Positions 52,850 to 62,506 of a stretch of 64,000 bases of DNA are shown piece after piece (the first letter of the stretch is position 1; each line of letters opens with the position of its first letter). Origin of the DNA: Methanobacteriota archaeon (GTDB lineage: Archaea; Thermoplasmatota; Thermoplasmata; SG8-5; DAIRED01); assembly GCA_043799545.1 (NCBI GenBank), contig JAZDNO010000026.1, positions 76,340 through 140,339 of the forward strand, given 5' to 3'. The position numbers and the translations under genes are program-made. The notes beneath the pieces are model-generated. The model worked only from the letters and a program-made list of their open reading frames with translations, did no database searches and was not told the DNA's origin.

Positions 52850-54970
52850 TTGCACGTGAACGACCTGGACCTGCCAGAGCGCGCTCGCCTTTTGCTCTCG
52901 AAGCTGGGCTACGGTGAGCTGTACCCGTCGCAGGAAGAGGCCATTCCCAAGGTCATCGCGGGGGAGAGCGTCGTACTGGCAGCCCCGACGGCCAGCGGCA
53001 AGTCGCTCGTCGCCTACTGCGCCTGCCTGAAGCACGCGCTCTCGGGTGGGAAGGCCATCTACGTCGTTCCGCTCAGGGCCCTTGCGAGCGAGAAGCAGGA
53101 AGACCTCAAGACATTCGAGCCGCTGGGGATTAAGGTCGCATACTCCGCAGGGGATTTCGACGGCCCTGACCCAAACCTTGAGAAGTACGACATCATCGTG
53201 GCCACATCGGAGAAAGCGGATTCGCTCATGCGCCACAAGTCGCGCTGGCTGGACGACCTGACGCTCATGGTCGCCGACGAGGTGCATCTCCTCCACGACC
53301 CCGAAAGGGGCCCGACGCTGGAGGTCACCCTCGCCAAGTTCCGCAGGTGCAACCCCAAGGCGCAGGTGGTCGCACTCTCCGCAACCATCGGCAACTCGAA
53401 GGAGATTGCGGACTGGCTCAAGGCTACTCACATCCGCAGCACATGGAGACCGATACCGCTCAAGGAAGGTTACCACCTTGAGGGCGTCGTGAGGTTCACG
53501 GATAACACAGCCCGCGAGGTAAAACAGACTTGCAAGGACGAGCTGGAGTCGCTGGTCATCGACACATTGGTGGAGGGCGGGCAATGCCTCGTCTTCGTCA
53601 ATACGCGCCGCTCCTCGGAAAGCCTCGCCGAGCGCCTGGGGAAGCGCATCAAGCGCCACGTCAGCGACGAGGGCCTGGAAGCCCTGGCCACGCTGTCGCA
53701 CAAGCTGGGGGAATGCCAGGACGAGCCGACGTCCGTCGGCGACAGGCTTGCGACCTGCGCGCGGGACGGCGCCGCGTTCCACAATGCGGGCCTGGCGAGC
53801 GCGCAGCGCAAGGCCATCGAGAATGGCTTCAAAGGCGGCGTGCTGAAATGCCTCGTGGCGACGCCGACCCTCGCTGCAGGCATCAACCTCCCGGCCAGGC
53901 GCGTCATAGTGCGCGACGTCCACCGCTACGACGCGAACTTCGGGAACATGCCCCTGCCCACGCTGGAGGTCAAGCAGATGTGCGGTCGGGCAGGCCGACC
54001 ACAATACGACCCGTACGGAGAGGCGGTCATCATGGCCAAATCCCCCCGTGACGCAGAGCGCATACAGGAGGTATACCTTCTTGGTGACGCGGAGCCCGTC
54101 GAGTCGAAGCTTATGGTCGAAGGCGCGCTCAGGACGCACGTGCTGGCGACAGTTGCCACGGGCTTCGTCTCCGACGTGCGGGGCCTGGAAGAATTCATTG
54201 GTTCCACATTCTTCGCCCACCAGAGGGAGACGTGGGAGATTTCCGACAACCTCGAGAAGGCGCTTTCATTCCTAGAAAAGAGCGGATTGGTGCAGCGCTC
54301 CGATGATTCGCTGCGCGCGACCGCTTTCGGCAAACGCACGTCCGATCTTTACATCGACCCCATGACCGCGGTGAAGCTCCGGGAGGCGCTGGAGAGCGGC
54401 GTTGAATCGCCGAGCGAGCTGGCGCTGCTGCACGCGGTATGCAGCACTCCGGATGTCTCGACCCTTTACCTCCGCTCCAAGGACGACTGGGTGCGCGATT
54501 CGGTATCGGACGATGAGAAGTTTCTCGTGAAGCCCGAGGAGGAGGACGGCGACGATTTCTTCCTGGCCGAGTACAAGACCGCGCTGCTGCTTTCTTGGTG
54601 GATAGACGAGCGCACCGAGGGGGAGATTGCGGATAGGTTCGACGTGGGGCCAGGCGACATCAGGTCGCGCGTGGACACAGGCGAATGGGTCGCGTACTCG
54701 TTCCGCGAGCTGGCCAGGCTCTTCGGCAGCCCGATGCTGCCTGCGATTGACGACATCGTTCTGAGGCTGCAAAAAGGGGTGAAGAAGGAGCTGCTGGATC
54801 TGGCGAGGCTGCGGGGGGTGGGGCGCGTGAGGGCGCGGATGCTGTGGGGCAATGGCTTCAGGGGGCCCGAGGACGTCGCCAAGGTTCCGGCCGAGAGGCT
54901 GGCCGCCCTGCCGGGAATTGGAGAGAAGCTCGCAGCGGCCATCAGGGAGCAGGCTATCCGGTCCCGGTGA
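52850..54970 (+). CDS. hel308: Hel308 / Ski2-like ATP-dependent DNA helicase
   Basis: APTASGKS, DEVH, ALSAT, HNAGL, TPTLAAGINLPA, QMCGRAGRPQYD, C-terminal HhH GVGRVRAR. Confidence 0.95.
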   Translation: MHVNDLDLPERARLLLSKLGYGELYPSQEEAIPKVIAGESVVLAAPTASGKSLVAYCACLKHALSGGKAIYVVPLRALASEKQEDLKTFEPLGIKVAYSAGDFDGPDPNLEKYDIIVATSEKADSLMRHKSRWLDDLTLMVADEVHLLHDPERGPTLEVTLAKFRRCNPKAQVVALSATIGNSKEIADWLKATHIRSTWRPIPLKEGYHLEGVVRFTDNTAREVKQTCKDELESLVIDTLVEGGQCLVFVNTRRSSESLAERLGKRIKRHVSDEGLEALATLSHKLGECQDEPTSVGDRLATCARDGAAFHNAGLASAQRKAIENGFKGGVLKCLVATPTLAAGINLPARRVIVRDVHRYDANFGNMPLPTLEVKQMCGRAGRPQYDPYGEAVIMAKSPRDAERIQEVYLLGDAEPVESKLMVEGALRTHVLATVATGFVSDVRGLEEFIGSTFFAHQRETWEISDNLEKALSFLEKSGLVQRSDDSLRATAFGKRTSDLYIDPMTAVKLREALESGVESPSELALLHAVCSTPDVSTLYLRSKDDWVRDSVSDDEKFLVKPEEEDGDDFFLAEYKTALLLSWWIDERTEGEIADRFDVGPGDIRSRVDTGEWVAYSFRELARLFGSPMLPAIDDIVLRLQKGVKKELLDLARLRGVGRVRARMLWGNGFRGPEDVAKVPAERLAALPGIGEKLAAAIREQAIRSR

Positions 54971-55017
54971 GCACAAGTTATTTAGCTTCTGTCAAGCATC
55001 CATGGAACGGTGAGTTC

Positions 55018-56157
55018 ATGGCTAAGGGCACGGTGTTGACTCCGCAGGAAGCCGTGGAGCGCGGCCGCGAGTACGTGGAGGGCTATTTCGACAGGGTGAG
55101 GGACAGGGGCCTCTCCGGCGAGGCGTCGCCCGCATTGTTCCGCGGCCAGCCTTACGAAGTGCACTGCCATCCGCTCGGCAGCGGAGGGCTGATGCTCTTG
55201 TTCAAGCGGGACTCCAAAGGGAGCTTCAGGGCGGTTGACAGGGAGGAGATGGGGGCGCACTCATACGATTTCTCCGTTTACATCTCAAAGCGCGAGGCCC
55301 AATCGGGCGAGGCAAGGTCGCGGGGTTCCTCCGACGCGGACAGGGACTGCGCCCTCTCACAGGCTCTGTCGAGCCTCGTGCTGGCCCGCGAGGAGGCGAA
55401 TTCAATCCTCGAATCCACGGAGAGGCTCCTGAAGACCAATCCCTGGCTCGACGAGTACGCCAGCTCCAGCCTGGGCGCGTCCGAGAGGCTGATGCGCACC
55501 CTCGCGGAGCAGTCTGAGGCCCTGCGAAGGGAATTGGCATCGCTGGCATCCAGCCACAGGTCTGCGCTGACGGACCTCGCATCTGGGCTGGCCCCCCTCG
55601 AATCCGCGGCGGTAAGGGACGAGGCGCTGGTGCTGGAGGTCAAGTCGCGCCTATCCGACCTCGAGGACGAGGTGGACGAGCGTTGGAACAAGGCGGCGAA
55701 GGACTTCGCAGTGCTCGCGGAGGTCGCCAGAAGGGTCGACACCGTCGCGGACGACCTCGACGCCCTCAAGCTCTCCAAGGACTCGGAGGAGTCCGGGGGG
55801 AAGAAGCTCAAGGAGGCGGTCGCACCGATGGGCCAACGTTTGGACGCCCTCGATTTCCAGGTGGCTAGGCTGAGCGAGGATGTCAAGGTGTCGGAGGAAA
55901 TCAAGGACACGCTTTTCCGCGATTCGAAGCGCCTTCACAACATGAACGAGAGGCTCAACCTCCTCGAAACGGAAACTGGAGAGTCCGGACTAGAGGAGAA
56001 GGTGGCCGAGCTGAAGAAGCGCCTCGACGCGATGGAGCGCCGCATGACGACCGAGATTAACATCGCCGTGGGTGATGCGCTGAAAGCGTCGCAGCCTCCG
56101 GTCGAGGAAACCGCTGGCAAGCAGGGAAAGCCCCGATCCGAAAGGAAGAAGAGGTGA
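55018..56157 (+). CDS. Hypothetical coiled-coil protein
   Basis: ATG 55018 with TATA-like TTATTTAG about 33 bp upstream; long heptad-rich acidic C-terminal two-thirds. Confidence 0.75.
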   Translation: MAKGTVLTPQEAVERGREYVEGYFDRVRDRGLSGEASPALFRGQPYEVHCHPLGSGGLMLLFKRDSKGSFRAVDREEMGAHSYDFSVYISKREAQSGEARSRGSSDADRDCALSQALSSLVLAREEANSILESTERLLKTNPWLDEYASSSLGASERLMRTLAEQSEALRRELASLASSHRSALTDLASGLAPLESAAVRDEALVLEVKSRLSDLEDEVDERWNKAAKDFAVLAEVARRVDTVADDLDALKLSKDSEESGGKKLKEAVAPMGQRLDALDFQVARLSEDVKVSEEIKDTLFRDSKRLHNMNERLNLLETETGESGLEEKVAELKKRLDAMERRMTTEINIAVGDALKASQPPVEETAGKQGKPRSERKKR

Positions 56158-57161
56158 AGATGCGCGTCGCGGTTCTGCCGGGGGACGGCATCGGCCCCGA
56201 GGTGATGGAAGCTTGCCTGGCAGTTCTTGGTGAATTGGATGCCGAGCTTGCCTTCGAGAGTGCGGACATCGGCCTGAGCAGCAAGGCGAAGCACGGCGAA
56301 TACCTCACCGGGGACGCCCTCGATCTGGTAAAGTCGTCCGACGCGGCGCTGATGGGCGCCATCACGACCCCGAAGGACACCAGGGGATACGTTTCGCCGC
56401 TGCTCCTGATGCGCTGGGAGCTAGAACTCTACGCCAACCTGCGACCGGCCAGGTGCCTCATGCCATCCCTCTGCGTCCATCCCATGGACGTCACAATCGT
56501 GCGCGAGAACACCGAGGGGATGTACGCCGGAATCGAGCGCGCCGAGGAGGGCAGGGTCGTCCTAGAAAGGGTCGTTTCTGAAAAGGCCTGCAAGAGGATT
56601 ATTGATTTCGCGTTCAAGTATGCCATCGACAACGCCAGGTCGAAGGTCACATGCGTCCACAAGGCGAACGTGATGACTGTCTCGGACGGCATGTTCCGCA
56701 ACATATTCTACGGTTCGGCCGTCAACTACGCGTTCTACAACAAGATACGCAGCGACGACATGCACGTCGATGCGGCGGCGATGTGGCTGGCCAAGGACCC
56801 CACCAAGTTCGATGTAATCGTGACTCTCAATCTCTATGGGGACATACTCTCAGACGAGGCCGCCGGGTTGACGGGAGGCCTGGGGTTCGCGCCCTCGGGA
56901 AACATCGGCGATAAGCACGCGCTGTTCGAGCCTGTGCACGGCTCGGCGCCGGACATCGCGGGCAAGGGCATCGCCAACCCCGCGGCGATGATTCTCAGCG
57001 CCGCGATGATGCTCAGGCACCTCGGGATGGCCGCAAAAGCGAAGGCGCTGGAGGGAGCTGTCGTGCGGGCGCTGGAGTCGGGGGCGCTGACGCCGGACGT
57101 GGGCGGGACGACGACGACGTCGGGGTTCGCCGAGGCTGTCGCGAAGGCGCTCAAGGAGTGA
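56154..57161 (+). CDS. Isocitrate/isopropylmalate/homoisocitrate dehydrogenase family protein
   Basis: PGDGIGPEV, YANLRP, RENTEGMY, VHKANV, NLYGDILSD, FEPVHGSAPDIAGKGIANP. Substrate cannot be resolved by eye. Confidence 0.93.
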   Translation: MKMRVAVLPGDGIGPEVMEACLAVLGELDAELAFESADIGLSSKAKHGEYLTGDALDLVKSSDAALMGAITTPKDTRGYVSPLLLMRWELELYANLRPARCLMPSLCVHPMDVTIVRENTEGMYAGIERAEEGRVVLERVVSEKACKRIIDFAFKYAIDNARSKVTCVHKANVMTVSDGMFRNIFYGSAVNYAFYNKIRSDDMHVDAAAMWLAKDPTKFDVIVTLNLYGDILSDEAAGLTGGLGFAPSGNIGDKHALFEPVHGSAPDIAGKGIANPAAMILSAAMMLRHLGMAAKAKALEGAVVRALESGALTPDVGGTTTTSGFAEAVAKALKE

Positions 57162-57263
57162 ATGCAAGAACTTTGGTGTGTCGGTGTTTTCCTGGTGTCC
57201 CCCCGGCTAACCTTTTATACCCCCTCATTCATCAACCAAGCATACAGCAAAGCGGGGGCGCGC

Positions 57264-58991
57264 ATGATAGAGAAGGGGTTCAACTACCTGATTTACGAGG
57301 AGAAGACGGACATCACGTTCAAGCTGTTCGCCGAGCTCGTCGCCGGAGGCTCGCCCGGCCTCTGCATCACGACCCTCTACCCGGCCAAGCTGAAGAAGAT
57401 GTACAAGATGGGCGAGGCGAAGATACTCTGGCTCTCCGACTCCAAGGACGAGCCCGGAGCCCTGAGCCCCACGAGGCTCGATTTCGAAATCACGCGCGAG
57501 CTGACGCGCTTCATCAAGGACCAGAAGGATGCGGTCATACTGATGGACGGTTTCGGCTACCTTACGCTGGAGAACGAGTTCGACAAGGTGCGCAAGTTCA
57601 TCAAGCGCACGAACGACCTGGCATCTATGAACCAGTCCACGTTCATAGTCGTCGTGAACCCGAACGCTTTCAGCAAGGAAACCGTCACCACCCTCTCGAG
57701 GGACTTCGACAAGGTCGAGGACATAGCGAGCCTGACCGATGCTCCGACGCCAGTGGCCCCTCCACCATCAGCACCCCAACCGGCAGTTCCAGCGTCGCCC
57801 GCCCCGCAGCGGGAGATTCCACAGCCTCAACCTTCTGCGGTCCCCGCGCAGCCATCGCAGTTCCAGGCCGCGCCGACAAGGATAGAGTACAAGGGCCCGC
57901 CCATCACAACGCCGACTCCAGGCGCCGAAGAGATTGAAATCGAAGACATATATCTCATACACCGTGCCTCCGGCACGCTCATCCAGAGACGCACGTGGCG
58001 AGACAACGACCTCATAGACCCGGACCTCATTGGCGGAATGTTCCAGGCCATCATGGACTTCATCAACAACTCGTTCGCAGCGGGGGAGAAATCCGAGTTC
58101 AGCAGAATAGACGTTAAGGGGTACATCATACTCATCGGCGACGGCGAGTACGTCTCCCTGGCCATGGTCTTCTCGGGCACCGTGGAGCATATCATCAACA
58201 AGGCCATGAACACCATCAAGGACGTGATGAGGAAGAACATCCAGCAGATGGAGAAGAACTTCGGAAAGGTGCTTGGCAGCTACGACGGCGACGTGGAGAA
58301 GCTGCGCGGGACGAGGAAGCTGCTGGATCAGCTGGCCATGGATATCAACAAGGCGCTGGAGCCCCAGTTCGCGGAGATGGGCATCGGACGGAAGTTCTCC
58401 CAGATGGAGCAGCACAAGATGAACGAGGTCTTCGGTACCGCGTCGCAGCTCGCGAGGCAGGGCAAGTACGCAGAGGCCCTGAAAAAATACGACGAGGCGC
58501 TGGCCATCGACCCGAACAACCTCCAAAGCCTGTTCAACAAGGGCGTCATCCTCCAGATGTCGGGTCAGGTCGGCGAGGCGATAAAGTGCTACGACCGGCT
58601 GATACAGCTCAACCCGAAGGACCCGGAGATATGGAGCAACAAGGGAATCGCCCTGCGCGGAATCGGAAAGACGCAGGAGGCCATCGAGTGCTACAGGGGC
58701 GGGCTGGAGCTGAACCCCCGCGATGCGACCCTCTGGAGCAACCTCGGTATAGCCCTCCGCAACATCGGTCGCATCAAGGAATCGCTCGAGGCGTACGACA
58801 CGGCGCTTTCGATAAACCCCAACGACGCGTCCGTCTGGAGCAACAAGGGGGTCGTCCTCGGCAGCATGGGCCTGTTGAAGGAGGCCATCGAGTGCTACGA
58901 CAAGGCGCTCTCCATCAACCCCGGGCGGGAGATGGCCAAGAAGAACCGGGAAATCGCTCTCAAGGAGCTGAAGAAAAGGGGGCAGGCTTAA
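57264..58991 (+). CDS. DUF835 (KaiC/RecA-like inactive ATPase) - Pro-rich linker - longin-like domain - TPR protein
   Basis: DUF835: GLCITTLYP, LWLS, ILMDGFGYLTLENEF. Longin-like: IEDIYLIH...DPDLIGGMFQAIMDF...YVSLAMVF. Six TPRs. TATA CTTTTATA at 57212. Confidence 0.82.
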   Translation: MIEKGFNYLIYEEKTDITFKLFAELVAGGSPGLCITTLYPAKLKKMYKMGEAKILWLSDSKDEPGALSPTRLDFEITRELTRFIKDQKDAVILMDGFGYLTLENEFDKVRKFIKRTNDLASMNQSTFIVVVNPNAFSKETVTTLSRDFDKVEDIASLTDAPTPVAPPPSAPQPAVPASPAPQREIPQPQPSAVPAQPSQFQAAPTRIEYKGPPITTPTPGAEEIEIEDIYLIHRASGTLIQRRTWRDNDLIDPDLIGGMFQAIMDFINNSFAAGEKSEFSRIDVKGYIILIGDGEYVSLAMVFSGTVEHIINKAMNTIKDVMRKNIQQMEKNFGKVLGSYDGDVEKLRGTRKLLDQLAMDINKALEPQFAEMGIGRKFSQMEQHKMNEVFGTASQLARQGKYAEALKKYDEALAIDPNNLQSLFNKGVILQMSGQVGEAIKCYDRLIQLNPKDPEIWSNKGIALRGIGKTQEAIECYRGGLELNPRDATLWSNLGIALRNIGRIKESLEAYDTALSINPNDASVWSNKGVVLGSMGLLKEAIECYDKALSINPGREMAKKNREIALKELKKRGQA

Positions 58992-58994
58992 GAT

Positions 58995-60254
58995 ATGATT
59001 GAACGAGGGATGAAGCACCTGATATACGAGCTCAGGACGACCGTGACCTATGAGCTGTTCTCCGAGATGGTCCACGTCGGCATCCCCGGCCTGTGTTTCA
59101 CCACAACGGCTCCGCAGCGCCTCGCCAAGGAGTACAAGATGTCCGAGGCCAAGATTTACCTTGTCTCGGAGTGCGAGAACATCAAGGGAGTCATCCACCC
59201 CAAGTCCCTGGAAGGGCGGATGATAGACGTCATCCAGCGGTTCATCAAGGACCACCACGAGTCCATAATCCTCATAGACGACGTGGAGTACCTGATAATG
59301 GAGAACGGCTACGACCAGGTCGAGAAGTTCATCTCGAAGGTCGGCAGGATGACGAAGGAGAAGAACTCCACTCTGCTGGTGCCTATCAACCCGAACTCGA
59401 TGAGGGACAACGTTGTAAAAGCCATGACCTCCAAGTTCGACGACGTGCGGGATGTCAGGAACATCCTCGTCACCGGAGACAAGATAGAGTGCCCCGAGTG
59501 CGGCGCGATGTGGTCCGCGACTACGAAGCTGTGCGACATCTGCGGTTACAACTTCGAGAAGCCCTCGACGGCCAAACCGAAGGCAGCCTCGGCCCAGCAG
59601 GGGCCGGCCCCGAAGGGCACTATCAAGCCTGAGCCCAAAAAGGTCGCGAAGCAGGCGCCGGAGCCAGAGCCGAAAAAGACCGAGAAGGTCCTCGTATCGC
59701 CTCCCTCGGGCGACAACTGGTTCAACCGGGGAGTCGCGCTGGAGAAGATGGGAAGGAGCGACGACGCGGTCGACTGCTTCGACAAGGCCATCCTCGAGCG
59801 CCCCGACGATTCATGGGCCTGGTTCAACAAGGGCGTCTCCCTGCACAGGATGGGGATGATAGGCGAGGCCATGAAGTGCTACGACAAGGCGCTGGCAATC
59901 GAACCGAACGACCCCGACGTGCTGTCGAACAAGGGCATCGCCCTGCGCTCGATAGGCAAGACCGAGGAAGCAATCGAATGCTACCTCACTGCCCTCAAGT
60001 ACGCGCCGAAGGACGCGGGCATCTGGTCGAACCTGGGCGTCACGTACCGCGTCCTGGGGCGAACAAAGGACGCACTCGATTGCTACGGCAAGGCGCTGTC
60101 TCTAACCCCGAACGATGTTTCGATACACCTCAACAAGGCCGCGGCGCTGCAGTCCGAGGGGCACAATGCCGAGGCTCTGGAATCTTACAAAAACGTTCTG
60201 GCGATAGACCCGAACAACCCCGTCGCCTTGAGGAACATGAAGCTTGTCCAGTGA
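58995..60254 (+). CDS. DUF835 - zinc ribbon - Pro/Lys linker - TPR protein
   Basis: GLCFTTTAP, ILIDDVEYLIMENG; CPECG...CDICG; TPRs WFNRG, WFNKG, SNKG, WSNLG. Confidence 0.85.
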   Translation: MIERGMKHLIYELRTTVTYELFSEMVHVGIPGLCFTTTAPQRLAKEYKMSEAKIYLVSECENIKGVIHPKSLEGRMIDVIQRFIKDHHESIILIDDVEYLIMENGYDQVEKFISKVGRMTKEKNSTLLVPINPNSMRDNVVKAMTSKFDDVRDVRNILVTGDKIECPECGAMWSATTKLCDICGYNFEKPSTAKPKAASAQQGPAPKGTIKPEPKKVAKQAPEPEPKKTEKVLVSPPSGDNWFNRGVALEKMGRSDDAVDCFDKAILERPDDSWAWFNKGVSLHRMGMIGEAMKCYDKALAIEPNDPDVLSNKGIALRSIGKTEEAIECYLTALKYAPKDAGIWSNLGVTYRVLGRTKDALDCYGKALSLTPNDVSIHLNKAAALQSEGHNAEALESYKNVLAIDPNNPVALRNMKLVQ

Positions 60255-60302
60255 CTTCTGAGATGTAATTCACCAGAGGCGGATTTTCAAGCGCTCCCCC
60301 GT

Positions 60303-61067
60303 TCAGGAGTTGGTAATCGCGACGCTTGTGAACGCCACCGGGCTGTTGAGCATATTGATGCCACCGGATGAGGTGGTCGGCATGCCCGCTATCTGGTCGA
60401 CGATGTTGTATCCGGAAACGACCTTTCCGAACACCACGTAGGCGTATTGGCTGTCGAGGTTGGTGTTGTCCGCCAGGTTTATGAAGAACTCGCTGGACCC
60501 CGTGCCAGACGACGCTATGTCAGAAGGAGTTCCGGACCTGGCCATTGAAATCGTGTACTTCTTGTTGAGCAGGCCTGTATCCTCCCACGCGACCGTTTCC
60601 GAGGAGCCGGATTGCGTTCCGCCCTGGATTACGAAACCTGGTTCCGCGCGGTAGAACTTGCCGGCGTCCTCGAAATACCCCGAATTCACGAGGCTCGCCA
60701 TGTGTGAAGCCGTCACGGGGGCGTTCGTCGTGTCTAGCTCAATCTTTATCTGCCCCAGGCTGGTCCCGATGACCATGTACGACTTCCCCGTGCTCGTGTT
60801 GCCGCTCGTGCTGCTTCCCCCTCCGTCAGGAATTTCGTCACCCCCGTCGTAGCCCTCGTGCCCGGGGGCCAGGTAGTTGTAGAAAAACGCGCCCATGCTG
60901 GCCATGACCACTATCGCGACCACGGACAAGACGATGGCCTTCTTGCCGGACGAGAACCACTTCTTGCATCTGGGGCACCTCATCGCGTTCTCGTGGACCC
61001 CCGCCCCGCAGTAGCTGCACTCGGATTCGAACTTGTCTTCGTCCTTCTCCTGCCTTCGCATGGACAT
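60303..61067 (-). CDS. Cyclophilin-type peptidyl-prolyl isomerase with N-terminal zinc ribbon and TM anchor
   Basis: CSYCG...CPRC, TM AIVLSVVAIVVMASMGAFFY, then APVTASHM, FYRAEPGFVIQGG, ISMAR, SEFFINL, YVVFGKVVSG. Confidence 0.9.
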   Translation of the reverse strand: MSMRRQEKDEDKFESECSYCGAGVHENAMRCPRCKKWFSSGKKAIVLSVVAIVVMASMGAFFYNYLAPGHEGYDGGDEIPDGGGSSTSGNTSTGKSYMVIGTSLGQIKIELDTTNAPVTASHMASLVNSGYFEDAGKFYRAEPGFVIQGGTQSGSSETVAWEDTGLLNKKYTISMARSGTPSDIASSGTGSSEFFINLADNTNLDSQYAYVVFGKVVSGYNIVDQIAGMPTTSSGGINMLNSPVAFTSVAITNS

Positions 61068-61113
61068 GCCGGATGGATTGGGGACGGGATATTAAAAGTT
61101 GTTGGCGTCACCC

Positions 61114-61151
61114 TAAATCGTCGGCTTTGCGTTTGCTCTAGCGGCGATTTA
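61114..61151. repeat. Inverted repeat at the GC-content boundary
   Basis: TAAATCGTCG ... CGGCGATTTA (10-bp arms, one G-T mismatch). Confidence 0.5.
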
Positions 61152-61363
61152 CCGTTTTCCAGGGTGCAGATTGCATAACAGAAGATTATATGATGATGTA
61201 TATTGATGAAACATATTGTATCCTTCTTGGCAAGGCAAATGGCTGATGCTATCGAGATCACCTGAAGTCACCACAGAATATACAAAACGCATCAAGGACA
61301 TTTTTGCTAGATTAGGGCTAAAAGACATGGTGCCTACAAGTTGAGGAGTTCAGGAGATCAGCG

Positions 61364-61507
61364 ATGGACGAATACGGCAACGGCGTAGACCTCGATGAAG
61401 TTGTCGAGATACTTGAGGACGGGTTCGATTACTCACGGAGCAAGCGGAGCAAAGTGTCAAACTTGGGGTATATCTCAGAGATCTTCCAAATCTTCAATCT
61501 CTTTTAA
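61364..61507 (+). pseudogene. Possible truncated DUF4258-like gene fragment
   Basis: SD AGGAG, then MDEYGNGVDLDEVVEILEDGFDYSRSKR running into the antisense tail of the low-GC gene. Similarity is judged from memory only. Confidence 0.35.
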
Positions 61508-62506
61508 AATCTTTTCCTCTAGCGATTCTTCTTTCTTTTTCGCCCGACGCCGTGTCAAATCATCTCCTTTGTTGGTCATCAACAGGGAATCTAATTGGGA
61601 TAGAATATCGTCGTCTTCAACCGCTCTAGAAGTATCCTCAAGAATGGATTTTTTTAGGTCTGGGAACTGTACCGCCACTGCTAGATTAGTCCGTTGAGCC
61701 AAGGCGTTTTCTGTCTGTCCGATCGCTAGGTCTTCCTGGGACGGGGCGATGGTGTTCTCGTAGGTTTCATTCGAAATCTTATCCTTCCTATTTGTCTCCT
61801 CAATATTCGATTCCCCAAGCCCAATCGTTAACGGATCGATAACAGATTTGCGATTTTTATTTTCATCGGGATTATTAGTAGAATTGAATTCTATAAGATT
61901 TTTCATTTTTGTAGACGCTGTTTTGTAATCGCCTAGGATCATCAATTTGATAACATCGCTAATCATCAAGTTTCTATCTACATCTGAAGATTCATAGTCC
62001 CTTAATGAAGAGTCATGGCTATGTATAATTTTCATAGCTTCCGTTGGGTAACCGACGATGCACACTAAATTAAAAATTAACATAAACATCACGGATGTGA
62101 GTAGTATGTAGAAAAAAAAAGATATATTTTCAGAATCGACGTACATAATAGAGATTATGCAAATTAGAACCGTGGTGGGGATCGTAGCTAATATTAAATT
62201 TTTCTTTGTATCCCTCATGTGCAAATATATAATCATTCCTGAAAGAATGGTGACTGAGAACAACCATCGCGTATCTGAGATAAATAATTCTGTTGGATAG
62301 GATAATAAAGCTGTGCTGTGATTTAAATAGACGCCAGCTAGGCATATTGACAAACTGGCAAGGAAAAAAAACCATATAAAAATAAAAAATGAGATCAGAA
62401 TAATATTTAGTTTCCAATAAAGTCTTGGGCCCCTAGTTGGAAATAAAGTCAACGTAAAGTAATGCATAATTTGTCGCATATATTTATATCTCCCCATATT
62501 TTTCAT
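61475..62506 (-). CDS. Hypothetical multi-pass membrane protein with acidic cytoplasmic tail (low GC)
   Basis: 343 aa; about four hydrophobic helices in the N-terminal half; overlaps the upstream gene. Confidence 0.7.
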   Translation of the reverse strand: MKNMGRYKYMRQIMHYFTLTLFPTRGPRLYWKLNIILISFFIFIWFFFLASLSICLAGVYLNHSTALLSYPTELFISDTRWLFSVTILSGMIIYLHMRDTKKNLILATIPTTVLICIISIMYVDSENISFFFYILLTSVMFMLIFNLVCIVGYPTEAMKIIHSHDSSLRDYESSDVDRNLMISDVIKLMILGDYKTASTKMKNLIEFNSTNNPDENKNRKSVIDPLTIGLGESNIEETNRKDKISNETYENTIAPSQEDLAIGQTENALAQRTNLAVAVQFPDLKKSILEDTSRAVEDDDILSQLDSLLMTNKGDDLTRRRAKKKEESLEEKILKEIEDLEDL

